From positions 22,506,001 to 22,570,000 of the forward strand of contig JBHGNT010000003.1 in the NCBI GenBank assembly GCA_043228905.1: a DNA stretch of 64,000 nucleotides. The letters run 5' to 3'. The notes under the pieces are model-generated. The model did not search any database. It had not been told where the DNA came from and saw nothing but the letters and a program-made list of their open reading frames with translations. Below, in pieces: positions 1 through 14,295 of this stretch. Numbering within the stretch: position 1 is the stretch's first letter; each line of letters starts with the position of its first letter. The DNA is from Azolla caroliniana (taxonomy: Eukaryota; Plantae; Polypodiophyta). The translations under genes were made by a program, and so were the position numbers.

Positions 1-3000
1 ACCATTGCCGAAAATCTTCACGACAATGCAATAAGCCATAAACACATCCTTATCTTGCGGTCATTACTGTCATGCCATATCATTTTCCAGAACTTATTTA
101 ATCTCCTTTCACTAATGCCCTCATGTATCTAAAATTTATGTGTTGCAATATATTCATGCTCTTGTTCTAGAATAATTTGCCTCCCAATTTTCGTGTTGTA
201 CCTGAAAATTTCAACCACCTTTGCACCCTCAATTCATCCTTGAGTTCTCCATAAATACATCGTTGGGTCCCATGATAGTTGATCCGAATGCCCTTCTATT
301 GGCCAACACATTATTGTCGATGTGATCTCCCTTGGTTTGGGGTCAATCATCATATCTTTTCCATTTTTTGCAATCAGTCTAATCAACTTTTCGCTTTGAT
401 AAGTTGGTTGCTCACATATTGTCATTCCATTCTCTATTTTATACTAGCATGCCTCATTAGATCTTGCGTTCATTCCCTTAATTCTGATTAGACAATTCTC
501 AAAATCTATAAGTCATGTCTATTCAGTTTTGGACATTATATCTTCATCTTCCCACATCATTAGACAAAAATCTCTTCCAGTCTTGATTTTTCTAGCCTTT
601 TTAGTGCCCACATCATTAGAAAGAAATCTCTTCCTGTCCACTAATGCATTCCATTGGGCATTGATTAAGTCGGCCCATTTGAAGCCTGATTTTTGTCCTA
701 TCATCAACCTATCCACATCTCTAATCAGTGGGTTCCATACAATTGGCATGTACATCCGGGCATATGCATCATTTCTCCACCTGATCTCCTTTCTGATTCC
801 TTGCCATGCTTTCATAATTCCAACAACACATAGACTATGCATACATCCCCAATATTTGGGTCGCATTTCTGGCACAAAACCACAAAAGGAGTTGCTTGAC
901 CAGCTTCCACCTTGTCTCAGTCGCCACATCTTCCATCTACGTCTCCATAAAATTTTCCAAGGAGCCTCAGGTGGTTGCAAGCTCCTGACCACCATTTTGC
1001 CTAGCAAGGCCTTTGTTTGCACCATGGGATCTATCAATCCCACCCCGACTTCACTTTTTCCTTTTATAAGTGTGGTCCAAACAACCTTTGCACGAACTTG
1101 TTTTTCCTCCGTGCCCCCCATAAGAATTTTCTGGTAATCCTTTTTATCAATTTCATCGATTTGGGCACGATTATCCAACATGCAACAATATGCCATATAG
1201 TAGCCATTAGAATCTGATTTGCAATCACAATCTTGCCCGCAAAGGATAGTTTTCTTGCATTCCACCCTATTAGCTTCACTTTTATTTTGTCCACTAGTAG
1301 ATTGTAGTGTTTTGATCAATCGATGTCCATACCAAATTTGAACCCCAAGTATCTAATAACTTCTCCTCTCCTCAACCATATGAAATTGGGGTCTAGGGCC
1401 CAATTAACACGAGCTTATTACTGATCCAAATGCCCAATGATTTATTCCAATTTATTTTAGCAGTCGATCCCCTTGCACTTTGCAATCTGCCCAAGTTGTT
1501 TGCATCACCCTTGACATAAGTCGTTGTGTCATCAACATATGCAGTATCAAGCACCATTGATTTCCTGCATCTTCGAGCAAGTGGAGGCCTTGTATTTGCC
1601 AAGATTTATCAGCAATTTGATAATGCAAAGAGTCTTCTACAATGATGTATAGGTACGGGGCCAATGGGCATCCTCGGCATACCAATCATGACATCTTAAA
1701 GCTCTTCCCCATACTTCCAGCCATTAAAACCTGGTTGGATGCACCTCTGTAAAAGGCACCCGTTCCAAGGATCCGTTGTTGTTCAAAGCCTAGGGCCTCC
1801 ATCGCTGCTTCTAAGAATTCCCATGAGATCCTGTCATATGCTTCTTCGAAGTCAAGTAGCATTACTATCAAGTCCACTTCTTGCTCCTTCGCCCATACTG
1901 AGTATTCCCAAAAAGTTATCACATTGTCAACAATGCTCCAGTTTTCCCAGAAACCAGTTTGTGTTGTATGTATAATGTCCCCTAGTACCATTTTCAATCT
2001 CTTACTTACAACTTTGGCCATTATCTTATAAGCATTGGTGAAAATCGTCAATGGTCGTCAATTATCGATCGTTGTCAGGTCTTTTCCATCCTTGGGTATT
2101 AAATAAATCATTCCTCTGCACATTGTTGTGGGCATTAATCCTTCTGCCATAATGCATTGCATCCTGGCCAACTTGTCATCCTTAATTAAATCCCAATGTT
2201 TGATGTAAAAGAATATAGGAAGTTCATCAATTCCTGCACAACTTTGTTTGTTCATGTCCCAAATTGCATCCCACAATTATTGCATACATCTAGGGGTATT
2301 TAGCCAGTCCATCATCTGAATAGTAATTTTCCTTGGTATCCCATTTATTATATTTTTGAAGGCATCTTGATCAATTTGTTCCTCTTTGCATACATTTTGT
2401 AGTTGAGCATGATGGCTCGTATCTATTTCAAGCATTTCCTCATTGCATGTGGTCATTGTGCCATCTGTCTTTTTTAAACATGAAGGTTGAGTCCCGGATC
2501 CTCTGCATTTGACAACTTCAAAAAAACCTTTAGTAACCCGATCTCCTACCCTCATCCATCTTGCTGCATTACTTCGATAGGCGTAGGTAATCCTTATATC
2601 CAATTTGCTTTTGGCCTCCTCTAGCCGGGCTTCAATCCATACATTATGCAGGCATAGTTCTCTTAGTAATTACATAGAAGCGAGAGTCCATTGCATTCTC
2701 TACATTTTCTCCCTGATCACTTTTCTAATTTCAATCACTTTCTTCCGAAAAAACCATGCACATTCCTCAAGTTTCATAGGTAGCCTATGAGCAGGATTAA
2801 GGTACCTCCATTTGATATTAGACCATATTTTTTGTATATCATTAGTCCATTTATTATCCATAACCAATTCCTTGCTCACCTTCACATTATGTGGCCTGCA
2901 TCGATTGTTTTCTTGTATATGTAACATAACTAGTGTATGGTTAGAGAACATTGTTCCAGGATAAATAATACATTTTCCTTCCCTATCAATGAGCTGAGGG

Positions 3001-3180
3001 TCCAAATACCATCTGCCCAGCCTAGACATCGTCCCCCCATGCATGCTTCCTCCTACTCTAGAGTATAGAAGAGATTTTACTTTTTGCATTTGAAAGTTAG
3101 GTGCATTCCAATAGTCTATCACATTATATGCTAAACGAAACTTATCCCATGCATACTTATCCGCCCCCCGCAATGTGCCA
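1..3180 (-). mobile_element. Degenerate non-LTR retrotransposon (L1-like LINE) ORF2 fragment: end of endonuclease, linker and reverse transcriptase
   Basis: Collinear, frameshifted minus-strand ORFs carry LINE motifs: 'SRLGRWYL..SNHTLVML' (APE end, 2700-3173), 'AGIDELPIFFYIKHWDLI', 'YKIMAKVVSKRLK..IHTTQTGF..LLDFEEAYDRISWEFL' (1686-2051), 'RGCPLAPYLY', 'YVDDTT' and 'WNARKLSFAGKIVIANQIL'. It runs off the left edge. Confidence 0.9.
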
Positions 3181-3902
3181 TTTGCATTTCCTCTTCTATT
3201 TCCAAATAAGAAAATAATATTTTGGCGAAGATTTTCATATATTTAAAAACATGTAAACCACACATTTATACAAAGGATGTCATATCCATGGTGTACTAAA
3301 ATGTGAAGATGACCAATTAGAATCTTGTCCTAAAATTAACGGGGATTGATCATGTTCCATAATTAGAAAATATGTATATTATAGGTTGGATATTATATGA
3401 ATGATCCAATTATTTTGATTGTTATTTAGATGTGGTGCATTATGTTGGAGGAGCTCTACAAGATGGAAATCTCACATACTAGTTTAGAACAAGGCTTATT
3501 TGCATTAGCAATGATAGCTAACGTCAACCCAATTTGAATATGCAAAAAAGGGCACTTTAGACAACTTGAGGCATCCACCTATAAGTGTCTTATATCCATA
3601 TGAAAACATTGTATCGCCCAAAAGATTTCATGGTCATATTCATCATAAATTCAACACTTCTATCTCTTGTGAAGTTTATAACAATGTTATATGGTTATCA
3701 TTCGTATACTAAGGCATTCAAGAACCTTTCAATCAAGCATATTTTGGACACAAATTTGAGCTTTGAGGAAATGTTATGTCATAAATATATCTCCTACAAT
3801 GGAGGTGGTTGAAGATTTAAATAGATTTTCCCAAAAGCTCTTACTGAATGGATTATTGGAAATCAAGGATAACTTAAATTGGTGAATGAGTATGGCCACG
3901 AG

Positions 3903-4155
3903 TAGAAATTGACAATGGTTTGGGTTTGGCTTAACCAAATTGGCCTTGTCTGAACCAAACTAGTTAAGGCATTGCCTAGTTTGGAAGTTTTCAAACTTGA
4001 ACCAAACTATATCCTAAACCAGTTTGGCCAAAATCAGTTTGGTTCAGCTTGAGCCTTGCCAAACTGGGTAAGGAAGTGCAAATTGAACTACCAAACTATT
4101 TAAAAACCGTTTAACGACTCAATTTAGGTTTGAGCCGAGCCATTGCCGACTCCTA
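3903..4155. mobile_element. Old hAT-type MITE, related to the element at 14058-14734
   Basis: The right end reverse-complements to TAGGAGTCGGCAATGGCTCGGCTCAAA, nearly identical to the left end of the 14058 MITE. The left end TAGAAATTGACAATGG is a decayed TIR. Flanks GCCACGAG and GCAATGAG match 6/8 as a TSD. Confidence 0.7.
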
Positions 4156-5680
4156 GCAATGAGGAGAAGTAAAATGAAAAACTTTCTTCATGAGCAAAAA
4201 GCAACAAAATGAAATCGGGGCTTTGTAAGATTTATCTCTAGATGATGTTAGAAGGAGAGCAATGACAGTGTGGATGGCCACATAAAGTAATCGAAAAGAC
4301 AAAAAACCTCATCATTTGTGATAAAAAAAACTAGGGAAAGGTGATAATGGAATGTGAGCCAAATTCGCGATAGAGCATAGTGGTAAGACCTAATTTAGGG
4401 AGTTATTTCCAACTATCATGGTTAGGTGAAAGACATTAACTTCTTGTTCTCTTTGTTGGTCAAAGCATCCCTCTTCATCTTTAAACAATTCTAATCGCAC
4501 TTTCTAGATTTGTTAGCCACTTCCAGTGTTGCTATTCTCTGTCTTTGTCTATCTCTAGCCACTTCTATGTACTCCTTAGGCTCACTAGGAATCATATATC
4601 ATCACCATCTATAATGATGGTCACAGAAGTGCCATCATCACAATCATGATATAATCTGAATGGTGATTATCACGACATATGTTCAACACCTTTACATGAC
4701 AAATTGTCTCTCGAGTGGATGAACATTCTCAAATGATGGTCATAGTGTACATATAAATAAATAAATACATAAATAACTAAATATAAATATAAATAATAAA
4801 TAAATATGTACTTATATATATATATATATATACATATATGTAAATTGTAATAATGTACAAACAAAAAAGGTAGTAAAAAATATATGAAGCAGGCCCTCAT
4901 TTCGTAAAACCCTAGACAGAAACCGAACAGAGGAAAGAAGCTTGGTGATGAACGATTGGCGATGGATCTGCTTCATAGTCTTTAAAGGTATTTACGACCC
5001 TTTCCCCTTTCCCCTTCTATCTGTCACTGTCTTTCTCGCTCAAAAATCATGCGTTTTTCTTCTCATTTTGAGCAACGAGTTCTCAATGTCCTTGAATGTA
5101 ATCAAGAAAGGGATGAATCCTGAATTTTGAGTCTTTCAGGTCAAGAATGTCTAGATCAAGTCAAGAAGGTGAAGCATGAGACTCTTCATTTTATGTAAAT
5201 CAACTCAAGAAGAGGGTTAATCAGAGATTTTCATCATCTAAATCAAGGGAAATTGTCAGGAAGGGAATCAAGAAAGGGTAAAATATGAGATTTCTCACTA
5301 AGTTAAGTTAAGGTGAGAATGGACGTTGTCATTGTCCAAATCAAGCCAAGAAAGGGGTGTGAAGAGATTGTTCATTGTTTAAATATGGTCAAGAAAGGGG
5401 ATAAGTCTAGTAACGTGAGACTTGTTTTTCCACAAGTTCACTCATGAATTTGAAGCTATCTTGCATTGCAGCATCAAGAGATGTGATCTAAACCCTAAGT
5501 TGTGGTCTGTATATTCCTTGTGATCCCACACCCAAGTATTCAGCAATCTGATAATTACAGTTTTTTATCAAAATAGAAAGTGAGAGATGATATCTCGCTC
5601 CAATCTTTTATTTCCTGATGTAAGAAATATTTACCAGAATTTGATAGGGAATGAAACCGGTTTAGGGAACTATCAGAGGG

Positions 5681-7083
5681 TGATAAAACCGCACTCCATC
5701 GTCGGGTCTAATCCGAATCTGGTGACAGTGAATTTTTAAATCAATCCTGCTAATAATTGTCCATCCTTTTGACCAGTCAAGAATTTCATCAAGCCTTGGT
5801 ATCAGAAACGTGTCTTGGCTGTGTTTTCGTTCAGTGTATAATAATCAATATGCATGTGCCAAGAACCATCTTTCTTTTGCAGAAATAAGGATTTGAACTG
5901 GGCTGATTTATCCCATTCTCTAAAAACTCAATTACCTGTCTCATAACTCTTTTTTGTTTAGTGGACTACACCCTGGAAACCAATAAATATTTTTCAAGAT
6001 AAAGGACACTATGCCTCTAATTGTCCTCAACTGAAGGATGCCAAACCCAAATGCTTCTTCTTGACTAATGCCTGATGTTTTTTATTTGCAATCCTGCAAT
6101 GAATCCATTGCTTTATGAAAATATTGGAGAAATATGTAGGATCATACAGCTATAATGGTTATTGAACCTAACGCTCATGCAAATATTATTACTTCATCAT
6201 TGGTAACAAAGTTAGGCATTCACCCAAAGGAGATCAGATCTATGGCTGAACAAAATTGGCATATTCTAGTCATTTCAAGTCTATTATCACAATACTTAGA
6301 AAGCTTCCTATGCACATTCAAAGATACTTACGTAATGAATTTTACATTATGCCCTTGGAAGATGGAGATGTGTTGTCGGTAAGTCTTGGCTTGTTAGGCT
6401 TCATGCACTGGTAGATGCCTACAACAAGAAGTTTTTCCTTCATAAAAGGAAAGGCTTGTGTCTTAAGTGTAAAATTTAGAGGCAAGTCTATTCCTGTTAT
6501 CTCAGCTTGGTCTTTGCAAGGAAAAATCACGTTTCTGTATACTTGGTCTTTACGAAGGATGTTAATGCACAGGAACTGGAATCTAATTTCACTACATTAG
6601 TCAGGGAAGTCTTCTTAAATGTGTTCATAAACATTTTTTTCCAAAATTCTCTACCAGGAGACTTATTTCATGTAAGGCTCAAGGATTACACTTCTTTTTC
6701 TTGATACATATTCCTAGGGAATTTCTTATCAATCCCTTGGCTTGACCATGTTGGAGGGTGACAGCCCTAGAACTGATTTCTCGCTTTCGGAATCTATTGG
6801 CATATGTTCTCTCTCGAGATTTACTTTATTACTGTATGACTTTTAGAACTACCACTACATTACAACATTTCATGCATCGTTGTTTTCTCGCCACTCCACC
6901 ACTTGAACTCATTATGTACCTAGGAGTATTTTATCTCCTTTCATGAATGCACGGGTTACAAAAACCACACTCATTATTGTATTTAAATGCTTTGAACCTC
7001 ATGAAGAAATGTAGTTCTTGTTTTTGCTAGCCTTGTTGGCATCTTGTACTCTTTATAACTGTTTTCTCACATGGTATCAGAGC
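5681..7083 (+). mobile_element. Heavily degenerate Ty3/Gypsy remnant (gag zinc knuckle, protease, two Met-type PBS motifs)
   Basis: TGGTATCAGA at ~5797 and TGGTATCAGAGC at 7072-7083 are tRNA-iMet PBS motifs. 'GHYASNCP' at ~6004-6027 is half of a CCHC knuckle. 'VIEPNAHANIITSSLVTKLGI' and 'FYIMPLEDGDVL' resemble a Gypsy aspartic protease. No RT or integrase was seen. Confidence 0.6.
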
Positions 7084-7901
7084 TGTGACGTCTCCATAGC
7101 CTCCACTCATATTTCTTTCTCCCATTCAACTCAATTTTCTTCGAGTAGTCAACCACTTGTTTCTTTTTTTTCCATTTGATCTTTCCCACCCTACAGAGAA
7201 CACTCTCCAAACAGCCATATATTTTCCCACTTGAACTATCATTTAGGAAGTAGCTAGCCCTTCTGCACCTAGTTATGACAAAGTCGTTTATAGCTTTAGA
7301 GGAGGGATTCATGGTTTCCAAATGCCACTATTATCTCTTCCACCATTCTGCAACTTCCTAAAGAGTTTATTCTAGATGGAAAAGTGGTTCATTATGGAGA
7401 AGTGAGAAAATGGGAAAGTCTATTCTAGATTCATTTTGGAAAAGTCTTTTCCCTGCACGATTCATTATGGACAAGTGAGAAAATGGGAGCATTAACAGGT
7501 CCATCCTATCTAATCTAATTTAACTATGTGCATGTGTCCCAGATGTCCATGTGGCATTAAATTTCAATCGGTTATTTCAATATGCAATTTTCATAATGAT
7601 GAAGTCCATTTCTTGGATTCCACGTTTTTGTCCGTGATATCAGTAAATATACATTGGACAGTATCCTTACAATAGAAAATAAGCCTTCTGAAACTCATCA
7701 ACAGTGTCACATTTCGTGAATATTTTAAATACAGCTTCTGCATTTTTCTGTTCTTGATACATATTTGAGGTTGCATAGTAATGCAATATGAAAATGAACT
7801 GCTTTTAGCACCTCTTTTTTATTTTCTTACATATGCATAGGCCAGGTTCACTGAAAATTAAGTTCTATCTATATCAAATGAACCTCATCTACTGTTTATC
7901 A

Positions 7902-10900
7902 CTAGTCATCCTCTAGTGTCTTTGGAGTTGTGTAGTTCCCTGAGAACATATCTTTCATTATAGGGGCTAACTTCTCCCTTAGCTTGGTGAGACCAAAGAA
8001 AAAGAAACGGTATAATATGGCCATTCCAAATAGAATCAAGAGATCCAGCCACTTTGAGAAGCTCTTTACTTGATATATATCCGTCAGTATATACTCTCCT
8101 GATATTCTAGGTGCCCCAGGTATATTGCTCTCAAATGAGAGACCTGGAAAATCATTCTTATAGAGGCCCTGTTATAGTTATGCAAAACAACTAAAATATC
8201 AGGGATTGCATCACATTTAAATAAACCATACTATCGATCTTAGCCTTGTGAAATACCTCAGTAGCATATGCGTGGAAAGCTATGTAGGATATTGGATATT
8301 TCCATACGGGTTTTGGAATGTCATTAGGCAAACGGAAAAACCCGCCAGTCAACATGAACATACCCTGCAGAAAACAGACAAACGTTTTAGTATGAGAATG
8401 ACTCTGGTAATGCATATACATGACTTATTTGACATAATGAATCACATTCTGAGCTCTAAACCCTGAACTTAAACCTTAAGGATGCGGAGACATATGAATA
8501 TGGGTTAATTATTTAATCAGGAAGTGAAAAGAAGATTTTACACAAGTACCTGAATCCCTGCACCTGTGATGATTCCCAAAAGGAAATCAGGGACAATGCT
8601 TGCAACCATCATCATGAGACTTTCCACAACGAGCATGCAACTATAGAGTGTAAGAACATAGTATAAAAATCGAATAAAACCATGATGAAGATCCACCAAC
8701 ACATAGGCCAGCGCCCCAGGAAATGCTGATATGAGAAACAGGTATGGGGCTGATGAAAGAGTGTTTGCAACTACAAAGGAAGCCACTCCATAATGCCCAT
8801 TCAGCCTCTCCCTCTGAAATACCTGAAAAGCCAAAAATCATCGATGATAATTATTAATTAATGTCAAACATCCATCTTTGTTATGCACATAAGTATTCTT
8901 TGAGCATGCTACATTCTATACCTTAATATCTTCCACAAAAGCAGGGAAACCTCCAATTGCCATGAAAGTTAAGAAAGTAGACACAAACACGATAGAAGAT
9001 CCTCGAGCCTGAACAATATAATATGCATACATAAGATGAATGAGGATTTTTCCAAGATAGGTTGAGTCGTACTAAGTACCAATAGGTTGATATGCACACC
9101 TGTATTGCATTGTAGGAAGTTCCTACTTTGTAGTATACTGTACCAATACAAATACATAGTGCCACATATATACCAAGCCGAAGCCAATAATATCCAAGAT
9201 CTCTATACATGTTTTTGAATGATCTTATGGTAAGAACTTTAACTTGGGTAAAGAAGCTGGCAGGGTTAGGTGCAGCCTGTAACATCGGTCCATCCTGGGA
9301 TGCCATCCACAAATAGAACATCAATTAAAATGTGTGCAATGTTGGGCTACAATTCTGTCTGCTGACCAAATTAATCTTTAGTTTATCCGTATGTATGAGG
9401 TGGATTTTTTTACCTGCTTTGAAAGTGCATCCACATGGTTCATTACAGGTCCCATATACAAGTCCATATAAGCTTTGACTAGCCTGCTTATAACTTCCTC
9501 AGTTTTCAGCGTGATTTGAGCCCCTGTTTCCACGTCTGCAGACTGCATGTAAGCAAACATAAACATCTTTTATACTAGTTATGCAAACATAGATGTTCCC
9601 CATGTTGTAGTATAGTCATGTGTCATTACATATTCTTATTGAATTCGGAAATGTAAAGAATGAAGTGGTTAAAGAAGGTGCCTATCCTGCCATTCCTAAT
9701 ATTGTCTGATCAATTGATTGACAGAATCTCAAAAGCTTACTTCAAAATCCTTGTTGATTGTCCGAAGATAGTGATCTGATGGATTCCGAAGGCTTGGGCA
9801 AGGGAAACCATTGGAAGAAAAAAACTATACCAAAAGGAAGCAATGATAATCAGCTATATAATAATCAGGGCTTCAAATAAACCAGATCCTAACATTCTGG
9901 GAATAATGCTCTGAATATTTACCTCTTGAGCCTGTGAGGTAATACCAAAATAGACCGTCTTTCCATTGGAGAGGAGATAAAGGAAATCAAAGAGCTCAAA
10001 TACATCACTGCTAGGTTGATGGATTGAGGCAATAATTGTCCTTCCGTCTTGGGCTAAATGCTTTAACCGCTTTACCACATGGAATGCTGCTGCACTGGGG
10101 GCAAAAAATGTAAAGATAAATTTGGATTAAGTCTGTATACTTAGACTACTTGATTTGAATGATCCTACCCTAGTCCCTAGATAGTAGATCTAGTGATAGA
10201 ATAAATTTGTATATTTAAACTATATAATTAGGATGATTGTAGTCTATTTGTGTATATGATTAGATGATTCATTGTCAAATATGTCATATGAATCAGGCCT
10301 ATTATGCCATTTTTATCTTTTATATGCAAAATGTTCTGCAGAATAGTACACAAAATTGGTTTTTCAAGAATCCTGTGCATATATGATTAGAGCAATTATG
10401 GTCTATTATGCAAACATGACTCTGGATATTTTGTGATGTTTGCAAGGTTTATATGCTAAACTTTCAATGCTCCTAGTCATATCCTATATATGGTCAATTA
10501 TGCAAAGCATGCATGATTCTGGACTTTTCTACCCGTCAAGGCCACTAGTCGGTTCATCCAGAAAGAGCAGTTGAGGGTGAGTGAGAAGCTCGATGGCAAT
10601 GCTTACTCTTCGTTTTTCACCTCCGCTAATCCCTCTGGCTCTCCATCCACCAATCCGAGTATTTGCAGCATCATGAAGACCCATGTCTTTGATGGTACTC
10701 TCAGCCCTCTCTCTTTTATCTTGGATAGACATGCTGCTTGGCAGCTGGAGTTGAGCTGAGTAATGCACTGCTTCTCTCACTGTCAAGGTTGCCATTAAAA
10801 CATCGTCTTGGGTCACATAAGCCTGGGACACATACCACGTGATTGTTAATATATCTAGTTGTGGATCCATGCATAATAATTGGAGAAGTGTGGGAATTCT

Positions 10901-12214
10901 AGTCGGTGAGTTGTAGGATTACTGTGCACTTACGTTACTGATAATTATCTCATTTTATGTGATGATAATCATTATTGTTCCTAGTTATGATTCATAATAC
11001 AATGAGCCTATCCATTTTAAGATAGTATATCAGCATGCTTGATCAGTGCACAAATTTTAAATTCTGATTGTTAGTATTAATATCAGTTAGGGATAAGATT
11101 TAGTGTGTTACAATGCACTCTGACTGACTTTCTCTATGCTAGTTCTTCCTAGCAGTAACATTCGCTAGTCAATTAGAGTTGGTGAAGTCTGGTAATGCTT
11201 GGGATGACAACTGATCCATCATTGGGTTGTGAGGCACTTACTGAATTTCCATATGTTAAGGTTTGTTTGACGCCGTTAACAAGTATTTCTCCATTCTGCT
11301 TTACATTGGAAGAAAGCCTCCCTGGAAAAAAGGAGAAGGAAGCTCAAATCTAGAGTTGTAACTACCTGTTAAAGGATGCAGGTTACTCAATGGAGAAGGC
11401 AAGTAGAGAAGCCCAATGAAATAAAAAGAGTTAGGTACCTCAAAGAGTAAAACAATTTAAGAGAATGTAAAGAAAAGATATAATAGCGCAAAATACCAAA
11501 CTACCTTGTAACCTTTTAGATATTTACCAGGTTTCTCTTTAAGTTTTCAAAAAGTGATTAGTACCAATTTAATATGTAGGGATGTAATATCCATCAGTAA
11601 TGGGCATTTTGGTCATTTGCTTGAACTAAAGTAACTTAGGAGAGTCAACAAGGTATCCATAATTAATACAGAAAAACTCTGGAATAGCTTCGATCAACAT
11701 CTGAAAGAGCTGTATAATGCCGTGCTATTTGAGCAATTACATGGTCCATTCATCTGGATTAAGTAAATGCACAAGAGAATTTATGCAAAGAAAGAAAAAC
11801 TCAATGGCCTTTCAAAGTTTCTCTTAGTTAATTCAAACTAATTTACAAGAAGGTAGAAAAGATATTTGTACCTGCAAGAGTGTCGAGAAGAATGGTTTTT
11901 CCAGAACCAGAAGGTCCCATGATGGCCATGATGTTGCCAGGCTCAGCATAGCCAGTCATGCCATGTAGGAGGTGACGCTTGTGGCTATTGGACTTAATAG
12001 AGACACTGACCCATAAGTCCTTCCAAGTGAGGGTAACTGGAGTTGAAGATTCTGGACGACGGCGATTGAAGTCAAGTTTGCCCATCTGTATGTCTCTCTG
12101 TGAGAGAGGAGAAGGGGTGGCTCCATATTGTTGTTGGTGGAGTAGCAAGGGAGCAGGAGACCTGGTGGGTGATGGGGAATATGGGTGTGTGTTGATTTCC
12201 TGCACATGGGTCAT
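7902..12214 (-). CDS. ABCG half-size transporter (WBC; ABCG11-like lipid/cuticle exporter group), 11 exons, ~675 aa
   Basis: Exons with GT-AG sites and consistent phase: 12214-11872, 11321-11242, 10822-10533, 10094-9923, 9824-9741, 9542-9414, 9294-9100, 9008-8922, 8822-8550, 8364-8257, 8168-7902 (TAG). Motifs: Walker A GPSGSGKT, signature ISGGEKRR, Walker [14 protein letters not shown]-loop SIHQPS, NPSDHYL, and ABC2 membrane motifs 'RDLGYYWLR', '[11 protein letters not shown]' and '[18 protein letters not shown]'. Confidence 0.95.
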
Positions 12215-12388
12215 GTTGCAATAAGAAAAGAAAAAGAGGAAAGAGAAGAAGAAGAAGAAGAGGAAGAAGGAGAGGGACTTCCTGAATCTAGAAATGAGAA
12301 AATGGGATGCTATACATTTCACTGAAGCAAAAGAACCAGTTAGAGGTAGGAAGGAGGAGCAAGGAGTGTGTGACTGGAGGTGGAAGGA

Positions 12389-12423
12389 GAGCTAGGAGCT
12401 AGGAGCTAGGAGCTAGGAGCTAG
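12389..12423. repeat. (GAGCTAG)x5 minisatellite in the ABCG 5' leader/promoter
   Basis: Five direct copies read from the sequence. Confidence 0.9.
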
Positions 12424-12836
12424 AAAGGAGTATCACAGAGCTAGAAGCTAGAAAGGATGAGGAGAGTTTGAAGGGAACATGCATTTAATGCCATCTGAGT
12501 AATGGTAAGGGAAGGAAAAATACGAGAGCTTGAACACTGAGGTGATGAATGTGTTGTATCTCACTGAGCTCTGGCAGATATGTGTTCATTTTTATATAGA
12601 GTTATGGATGATGAACAGAGCTTGTTTTTTTTCAATTTTTATAAGAGGAATGAACAATTTACAAGCATTTATGTGATGGGAAGGATGAAAAAGGGAGGGG
12701 CCAGAGTTCTGATGAAAAAGCCCCGACTCAAAAGTGTCTCTAAAACTTTTTGTCAAAAGTCTCTGCCATGTTTTTTAGATTTGGATATGGTAAACAATGG
12801 CTACACACAAGTGTGCTGAGTTAGCATTGAATTTCA

Positions 12837-13030
12837 CACTACCAAATCATGTCAGTTTCGTGCACCACTTGCATACACCTTCCATGATGAATCGGTTTCG
12901 CATGAGAGAATGAGCCCTCGTCCATTGAGGTTCTCGATAAAGCAAAGAAAATGCACTCGTGCCTTACGTCAATTTCGATTTCAATTTCGATTGGCACTTG
13001 GTATCCTTGTCGTGAAGAGACGTGATTCAT
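12837..13030. mobile_element. Probable left terminus of a CACTA (En/Spm) DNA transposon, partner end not found
   Basis: CACTACCAAATC begins at 12837 and is followed by recurring TTTCG(T/C)-type subterminal motifs and several kb of decayed coding-like DNA. No matching TTTGGTAGTG with a TCA TSD was located. Confidence 0.4.
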
Positions 13031-14057
13031 ATGCTCCTTGTATGTTTGTTCACAATGATGAATAACAATTTACCATTTTAGGAAATCATGGTTTGGTGCC
13101 TCACGTGGCTACATGACAATTACATTGATGAATGAATATTGTACTTCTCATGATGTGAGAGATTATTGTCTTTTTTATCAATGTGGTAATTACAAGCAAT
13201 GGTTGCAAGATTATCTTGTGATGAATGTTAAGAAAGCCAAATTTGGATTGTATTGCTACATTGTAATGTTCTTTGTCGCCAACGAATCCGTCCTAATCTA
13301 ATTTATTCGTAATTTCCTAATAGAACTTTATCAGCAACCACTCAATTCATTATCCAAACATCTAGCTACGAATGCTTCACATAATACTCTTTTGTGCAAC
13401 GATTCCATTGATTGGTTGAAGACATCTCTAGTCTAGCATAGATCTATGGTTAATAGGTACATCATAAAGTTGTGGGTTGGTGTAAGACATCTATTTTCAT
13501 ATAATTTTTACGTTTGAGTAACGTGATAGTGGAATACGAAGGTAGGGAGGAACGTGTGAAAACCATACTTTCAAAGATGAATGATGGTTTTGCATTGGAA
13601 ATTAAAATAATTTGGGATGTATCGAAATGCAATTCATATATCTTCATTTGCAAGAACTTTATGGAACTTCAAATTTTTGAACAAAAGAAAATTGTACTTG
13701 ATGCCACTTTTTGTGGTATTATACATTTTCTCTTTATTCAATCAAAAACTTTTTGATTCAATGTTTGGAAGTTCGTGTTTAGGGACAGGTCAATTTTTGG
13801 TCAAATCTTAACATTTGTACAACGATTAAGTGCATGTCTTTCTCACAGATTTCTAGCCGAAGGTTTGAGAAGCACTTTTGGTAATCTCTATTTGATTGTT
13901 TGCAACTTAGAGACATCACAATGCAAATTTACACTCTTTACATTGAGAGGCTTCTAAGTTCTTTAATGTCTAATTGACACTAGTATACTTATCTTTATTC
14001 TTTGTGGGTTTTCACCACCCTTTCAAGTTTCCCACTAGTAATAAGTTTGACGACAAG

Positions 14058-14256
14058 TAGGGATCGGCAATGGCTCGGCTCAAGCCTAAACCGTTTGGCT
14101 TAGCCGGCTTAGTGGCTCGGCTCGGCTCGATTTAGGCTTGAACTTGCCTTAATGGTTTGAGGTCGGCTCGGCTTGGCTCGAGCCTCTCCAAACCGGCTCA
14201 AGCCGGCTAAACCGTTTATAAACTTTAGAGAGAGGGGGAGAGAGACAACAGACAAG

Positions 14257-14295
<39 letters not shown>

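Noticed and set aside
519-1319. Long ORFs 519-1319 (minus) and 529-1137 (plus) as host genes
   Set aside because: They are frameshifted LINE ORF2 sequence and its antisense shadow.
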